DNA of 64,000 bases from Candidatus Bathyarchaeota archaeon (lineage in GTDB: Archaea; Thermoproteota; Bathyarchaeia; Bathyarchaeales; Bathycorpusculaceae), in assembly GCA_963772455.1 (NCBI GenBank), contig CAVYXJ010000010.1, forward strand, positions 32,001-96,000, read 5' to 3'. This document shows positions 59,213 through 64,000 of this stretch, in pieces. The notes beneath the pieces were generated by a model, which did not search any database, was not told the origin of the DNA, and saw only the letters and a list, made by a program, of their open reading frames with translations. The stretch's first letter is position 1; every line of letters starts with the position of its first letter. The position numbers and the translations under genes are program-made.

Positions 59213-59498
59213 GATGTATTACCCCTGTGATTTACGCGTGATTTTAGCAGTAACATCACACATCACAGTAATTCCATGGACTTTTTAAGGTTTGTGGTCA
59301 CATTATCACATGTTAACTATGACATCACACATCACAGCCAAATGACTTGTAACAAAAAGTCATTGCAACAGAATCGTTAAGGTTTAAAATGAGGTTATTT
59401 TATTAATTAAAGCATTTATTATAGTTATAATTTCATGTTTGAAATATCATTTTTGGTACGGGAAAAAGTTGTTATTGCCTGTGATTTGTGACGTCACA
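59211..59498. repeat. ATCAC/GTGAT box array including a 16-bp direct repeat
   Basis: ACATCACACATCACAG at 59253 and 59322; 14/16 inverted copy at 59479; palindrome TGTGACGTCACA at 59487; further GTGAT/ATCAC at 59211, 59227, 59238 and 59305. Confidence 0.8.
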
Positions 59499-59991
59499 GA
59501 ATCTCTTTTGATGGACTAGAAAGCTGTTTTAGGCTCGTTTCGAGCTCCTCACGGATGATTTCTATGACTTTTAGATGATCTTTTAGTTCCTCTTCCTTCC
59601 CTGGGATGTCTTGGTGCGCCTCGACATATTCGTGAAGTTTATTGGCTATTTCGAGATACGGGTCAAGAGTTGGGCTCTCAAAAACACCCAAATACCCTAA
59701 AAGTAGTACTGTGTAGATCGATTTTATTACGTTTTCTTTGGACTGTTTTAAAGTCCTATTAAACGAGCCGCGGCTTATTTTAGCCTTAGTTAATCTTAAG
59801 GCAGCTTTTTCATCGTACTTTAGCTGTTTATCTGATATATTCTCGGCTAAAACGTCTATTAGCAGAGTTTCGAGTTGAGTTCTTGTTAATTGACTGTTCT
59901 TAGCCAGGATTTTGACTATAGGGTCGTTTAATGCCCCATTTAACCATGCTTGTACACCATCTTTTAGCTTCAAAGTGACACTATCTCCCAT
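59494..59991 (-). CDS. Uncharacterised HTH-like protein
   Basis: SQLTRTQLETLLID..KYDEKAALR..KISRGSFNRTLKQS..IYTVLLLGYLG. Confidence 0.78.
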   Translation of the reverse strand: MGDSVTLKLKDGVQAWLNGALNDPIVKILAKNSQLTRTQLETLLIDVLAENISDKQLKYDEKAALRLTKAKISRGSFNRTLKQSKENVIKSIYTVLLLGYLGVFESPTLDPYLEIANKLHEYVEAHQDIPGKEEELKDHLKVIEIIREELETSLKQLSSPSKEIL

Positions 59992-60363
59992 GCTCTGAAT
60001 GGATACAGTTTTGTATTCCCAGCCTGCTTTTTAAGTTTTAGCTAGGTCAAACATCATACTAATTGTCCAATAAAGCCTGTAAATATTCGTTTAAACAGCT
60101 AAATAACCTAAAAATAATGCTTATTTGGTGTTTATGGCATATTTTGCCATAGTTAACATAAATAAGGTTAAATTATAGGCAATCCAAATCGAGTTATAGT
60201 AGGAACTTTAAACAAAAAATACACTTTTGTAATCTCTTCCAAAGATGTTTCTCGTTTTTTTAGACAACTTTATCCAAACAAAACCCATACGTTTTCATTT
60301 TTACACAAATTAAAACACAGTTTTTGACATAAATGCCTAACTTATCAACAATAGGAACGTTCC

Positions 60364-60477
60364 GTGACGTCACCAATCACGAGCAAAAATCACTGTGATT
60401 TCACCATAAAACTGTTGATATCACGGGCTGTGATTCAATTGTGATATGTGGCTACGGAGAAAGATTTTTTGTGTGAC
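60364..60477. repeat. Second ATCAC/GTGAT box array
   Basis: GTGACGTCAC 60364; ATCAC 60376, 60389 and 60420; TGTGAT 60394, 60429 and 60440; TGTGAC 60472. Confidence 0.78.
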
Positions 60478-60479
60478 GC

Positions 60480-61313
60480 TTAAAGAAGCTCGGAATAATC
60501 CTTTAGTTTATCAAAAAGTTCAGGCCGTAAGTCCTTAAGCGTTGGAATAAACGTTTCTGCTGTCCTTAAATCGTCAAAATCCACTTCACAGACGATAAAA
60601 TCTTCTTCATCGTACTTTGCCTTAGCCAAAACATCGCCAGTAGGGCCGACAAGGCGGCTTCCTCCCCAAAATTGCAGGCCATCCTCAACTCCAGCAAGGT
60701 TAACATATGCAAGAAAAGCCGTATTCTCCAATGCACGGGCAGAAGTTAAGATCTCAAAATAGTTTCTCCGTACGGCTGGAGACGCAGAAATACAGATTAT
60801 CAATTGTGCCCCTTTCAGTCGAGTCAACCTATACACTTCTGGAAAGAAAACATCATAGCAAATCGTTAACCCAATGTTTCCCAATTCAGTTTGGTACTCG
60901 GATGTATCGTAGCCTGGACGGAAATATCTTTTCTCTTCAAAAACACTGTGCGTTGGCAGATACATTTTGCGGTATTTGCCGATTAAACCCTTGGGTCCAA
61001 CAAAAACGGCGGTGTTAAAGATTATCGCTTTGGTTTTTTTGCTAAGCTCAGGCATTCCAAAAATGATATACATCCCTGTTTTCTTTGCTAAATCCTCAAT
61101 TCTCTGAGTAGACGTTCCAGGTATCGTTTCAGCTAATTCATAGACCTGATCTAAAATGACATAGCCCGTAAGCGAAAGCTCAGGGAAGATAATTAGATCT
61201 GCTCCTTGCTGCTTGGCTTTCAAAGTTAACTTTTCGATTTTAAGCAGATTATCTCTTTTACTTTCTCGTTTGCTGCTTATTTGAGCGAGTGCAAGTTTAA
61301 TCTTACTTTTCAT
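60480..61313 (-). CDS. Carbon-nitrogen hydrolase (nitrilase superfamily), candidate glutaminase partner of NadE
   Basis: FPELSLTGY (E), YRKMYLP (K) and ICYDVFFPE (C) catalytic triad. Confidence 0.92.
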   Translation of the reverse strand: MKSKIKLALAQISSKRESKRDNLLKIEKLTLKAKQQGADLIIFPELSLTGYVILDQVYELAETIPGTSTQRIEDLAKKTGMYIIFGMPELSKKTKAIIFNTAVFVGPKGLIGKYRKMYLPTHSVFEEKRYFRPGYDTSEYQTELGNIGLTICYDVFFPEVYRLTRLKGAQLIICISASPAVRRNYFEILTSARALENTAFLAYVNLAGVEDGLQFWGGSRLVGPTGDVLAKAKYDEEDFIVCEVDFDDLRTAETFIPTLKDLRPELFDKLKDYSELL

Positions 61314-61325
61314 TCGAGAACACTT

Positions 61326-62168
61326 TCAATAGGTATGTCTTGGAAGCCTAAAATCGTTTCCCACACTTCTAAACCCAATTTTTGGAGCAAGCGGCATTTT
61401 TCTTTTATGTTCATTTGCAAGCCACCTACTCTTTATCTTATCAACAAGCTTCTTCTCGATACCTGTTTGCTCGGCAACATCTTCAGTTGACATAAATCGT
61501 TCAATCCCGAAAAGAATTAGGTCCAAATCTTCATACTTGATTCCAAGTTCAGACTCTGCCAACTGGTTAGGCCAAAGGGCAGGTGTTGATGGTTTTTGGG
61601 TAAGTTCCTTTGGGAGTCCTAAATTGGTTGCAAGTTTGCGAACTTGTGTCTTATATAAGTCCATGATTGGAGCTATGTCCGCTGCGGCATCTCCCCACTT
61701 AGTAAAATAGCCCATCATCGTCTCTGACTTATCGGAGCTACCGCAGACTATTCTACTTTGTTTGTTAGCATAGTAGTAGAGATATATCATTCTTGTTCGT
61801 GCCTTGATATTTCCCTTACAGATCTTATCCGATAAATCAAATATGGGAATTGCGCCGTAAATGCCGTTAAGGGCATTTGACATGTCGCATATCTGAGTCT
61901 TAAAATGAAATTGATCAGCAACAATTTTTGCGTCGTCAACATCTTTCTGATTAAAGTTCTCGTTCTCAGGTAGCATAAGCCCTAAAACGTTTTCGCCTCC
62001 TATTGCAAGGCTTGATAAAGCCGCGATGGTTGCGCTGTCGATTCCTCCAGATAGTCCAAGTACAATTCCTTTTGCTCCAGCGTTTTCAACATATTCTTTG
62101 ATGAAACGGCAGATCCTTTTTTGAGTCTCAAAAAAATCTATCTCTAAGAGGGAAGGTGTTAACTTCAC
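61326..62168 (-). CDS. nadE: NAD+ synthetase (single domain)
   Basis: LGLSGGIDSA, GNIKARTRM, GYFTKWGD, DLYKTQV and EHKR. Confidence 0.96.
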   Translation of the reverse strand: MKLTPSLLEIDFFETQKRICRFIKEYVENAGAKGIVLGLSGGIDSATIAALSSLAIGGENVLGLMLPENENFNQKDVDDAKIVADQFHFKTQICDMSNALNGIYGAIPIFDLSDKICKGNIKARTRMIYLYYYANKQSRIVCGSSDKSETMMGYFTKWGDAAADIAPIMDLYKTQVRKLATNLGLPKELTQKPSTPALWPNQLAESELGIKYEDLDLILFGIERFMSTEDVAEQTGIEKKLVDKIKSRWLANEHKRKMPLAPKIGFRSVGNDFRLPRHTY

Positions 62169-62266
62169 TTATTATTGCAGCCTCATAATTCATGGTTAGT
62201 AGGCAAGTATTTAAGGACAAGTATAAATATTAATGACATTACCAGTCGATTCAGAAGGTTGTATTA

Positions 62267-62533
62267 TTGGGGCGAAGAAGGAAAAAAGTTGTTCATATTC
62301 CAAAAAAACGTTTACCTAAATTCTTCTCTTGCCCAAGATGCGGAAAAGAAACCGTTAAAGTAGAACTTTTCAGAGAAGATGGTCATTCCACTGCTCAATG
62401 CAGTAGTTGTGGTCTTAAGGAAGAATTTCCTGTTAAACCCGCACAAGGAGAAGTCGACGTTTACTGCATGTTAACTGATCGAGTTTATGGTCCCCAGAAA
62501 AGAACTCCGGTGACAAACATAAAAAAAGAGTAA
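62267..62533 (+). CDS. elf1: Transcription elongation factor Elf1
   Basis: GRRRKK..LPKFFSCPRCG..CSSCG..VDVY. Confidence 0.88.
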   Translation: MGRRRKKVVHIPKKRLPKFFSCPRCGKETVKVELFREDGHSTAQCSSCGLKEEFPVKPAQGEVDVYCMLTDRVYGPQKRTPVTNIKKE

Positions 62534-62549
62534 TTGAAGGATTACTGTT

Positions 62550-63302
62550 ATGCTAGGGCCTATTGAAAGGTACTTGCTCGAAAAAATAAAAACTGATGGC
62601 TCAATCCACATAACCCTAATAGATCCTGAAAAAGTGTCTGCTGCTGATGCCTCACGGATTGCTGAAAGTTCCAAAAACAGCGGAACAGCTGCCATAATGA
62701 TTGGAGGCTCAACATTTGTTTCTGAAAATCATCTCGACAAAGTAATAAAAGCCATTAAATCCAAAATAGATCTTCCTACAATTCTTTTTCCAAATAACGT
62801 AACAGGAATAAGTTGTCATGCTGATGCAATTTGGTTTATGTCTCTGCTTAATTCAGTTGACCCTTATTTTCTCATAGGCGCACAAATTTTGGGTGCACCT
62901 CTTGTAAAAAAGTACGGTTTAGAACCAATTTCAATGGGTTACATAATCGTTGGCGACGGCGGAACAGCTGGTATAGTTGGAAAAGCAATCTCAGTTCCGT
63001 ATAACAAGCCTGAACTTGCAGCTGCTCACGCTCTTGCAGGACAATACCTTGGAATGCGTTTTATCTATCTTGAAGGTGGTTCTGGAGCAGCTAACCCTGT
63101 TCCTCCCGAAATGATTAGGGCAGTTAAACACCTAATTGACATTCCGCTAATAGTCGGCGGTGGAATAAAGAATAAAGAACAAGCCTTCATAGCCGCCTCG
63201 GCAGGTGCAGATATAATTGTTACAGGAAATGTCACTGAATCAAGTGATGCAAAACAACGGGTTTCCGAAATTATCTGTGCCATAAAGGGCATTAAGGCCT
63301 AA
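62550..63302 (+). CDS. pcrB: Geranylgeranylglyceryl phosphate synthase
   Basis: HITLIDPEK, IMIGGS, SLLNS, YLEGGSGA and VGGGI. Confidence 0.94.
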   Translation: MLGPIERYLLEKIKTDGSIHITLIDPEKVSAADASRIAESSKNSGTAAIMIGGSTFVSENHLDKVIKAIKSKIDLPTILFPNNVTGISCHADAIWFMSLLNSVDPYFLIGAQILGAPLVKKYGLEPISMGYIIVGDGGTAGIVGKAISVPYNKPELAAAHALAGQYLGMRFIYLEGGSGAANPVPPEMIRAVKHLIDIPLIVGGGIKNKEQAFIAASAGADIIVTGNVTESSDAKQRVSEIICAIKGIKA

Positions 63303-63384
63303 TTACCTTTGGTTGGTTTTTCTCTTTCTTTTAGAAAGCCAAAATAACCCATAATATCATATCTTGCGCTGTGAGCAATTTACT

Positions 63385-64000
63385 TTGAATATTAGCAAAG
63401 GCTATCAAAAATACGTTAACGCAATGGAAGCTGAGCTTAAACGATTATATACAATAAGCGATAACGCCAGATCTAAAGGGCTTGATCCAGCTTTAAAAAC
63501 AGAATGTATCGTTGCTCAAGACATCGCTGATTTAGTTGAAGGATTAGTAGGACCAAAAGGAGTTGCCCTTAGCATCCGTGAATTGAGCACTAAGATGCCA
63601 AGAGAAGAAGTGGCTTTTAAGGTAGCGCAGCAAATTGCTCAAGGAAAGTTCTCAGAGACAGAACAAAAACAAGAGCAACTAGCTGAGCAAGCAATTCGAA
63701 CTGCACTAGCAATATTTACTGAAGGCTTAACTGCTGCACCAATTCAAGGTATAGCTCAAGTTAAAATCAAAACTAATTCTGACAAAACACGTTATCTTGC
63801 CGTCTATTTTGCTGGACCTATTCGTTCAGCAGGAGGTACAGACCAAGCTTTAACTTTGGTTGTAGGCGATTACGTGCGAAGAGAATTGGATCTTGACAAG
63901 TATAAGCCAACCGAAGAAGAAGTTTCACGTTTCATAGAAGAATTAAGACTCTACGAACGTTCCGTGGGGCGTTTTCAATTCCACATCCCAGATGAAGAAC
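63385..64000 (+). CDS. polC: DNA polymerase D large subunit DP2 (5' part, runs off window)
   Basis: Not in the ORF track; TTG 63385 opens a frame with ARSKGLDP, DLVEGLVGP.GVA, AIRTALAIFTEG..AAPIQG and YFAGPIRSAGGT. Confidence 0.93.
   Translation, partial: MNISKGYQKYVNAMEAELKRLYTISDNARSKGLDPALKTECIVAQDIADLVEGLVGPKGVALSIRELSTKMPREEVAFKVAQQIAQGKFSETEQKQEQLAEQAIRTALAIFTEGLTAAPIQGIAQVKIKTNSDKTRYLAVYFAGPIRSAGGTDQALTLVVGDYVRRELDLDKYKPTEEEVSRFIEELRLYERSVGRFQFHIPDEE

Noticed and set aside
59211-60477. CRISPR array
   Set aside because: The repeats are 5-16 bp, irregularly spaced and in both orientations; there is no repeat-spacer periodicity and no cas gene.

Overview
This 64-kb window is archaeal chromosome, most consistent with Bathyarchaeia (TACK). 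The inference rests on S3Ae/S6e/S24e/S27ae, aIF2-gamma, class I LysRS, PolD DP1/DP2, Cdc6, Elf1, GGGP synthase, Fae-Hps, CofD and a large secreted beta-propeller-type surface protein. Positions 1-30 kb are mostly core genes, with tRNA-Glu(TTC), tRNA-Arg(GCG) and an intron-containing tRNA-Ser(CGA). Positions 30-48 kb are accessory-like. They hold an EVE protein, an aconitase-IDH-ATP-citrate-lyase operon, two tandem double-Lrp/AsnC regulators, a multiply frameshifted surface-protein gene plus a decayed copy of its 3' end, a Cys-cluster wHTH protein amid CCTTAAGG-like boxes, and an N-terminally extended AhbD-like radical SAM enzyme. Positions 54-64 kb contain DP1, cdc6, a replication origin with three ORB elements, and the start of DP2. 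The best candidate for an undescribed system lies right beside the origin: three uncharacterised HTH proteins interleaved with dense TGTGA(A/T)/ATCAC arrays. One is a TM-coiled-coil-wHTH protein that appears to start at ACG, suggesting an origin-tethering or segregation module. All calls come from reading the sequence and recalling family motifs; no database searches were run.
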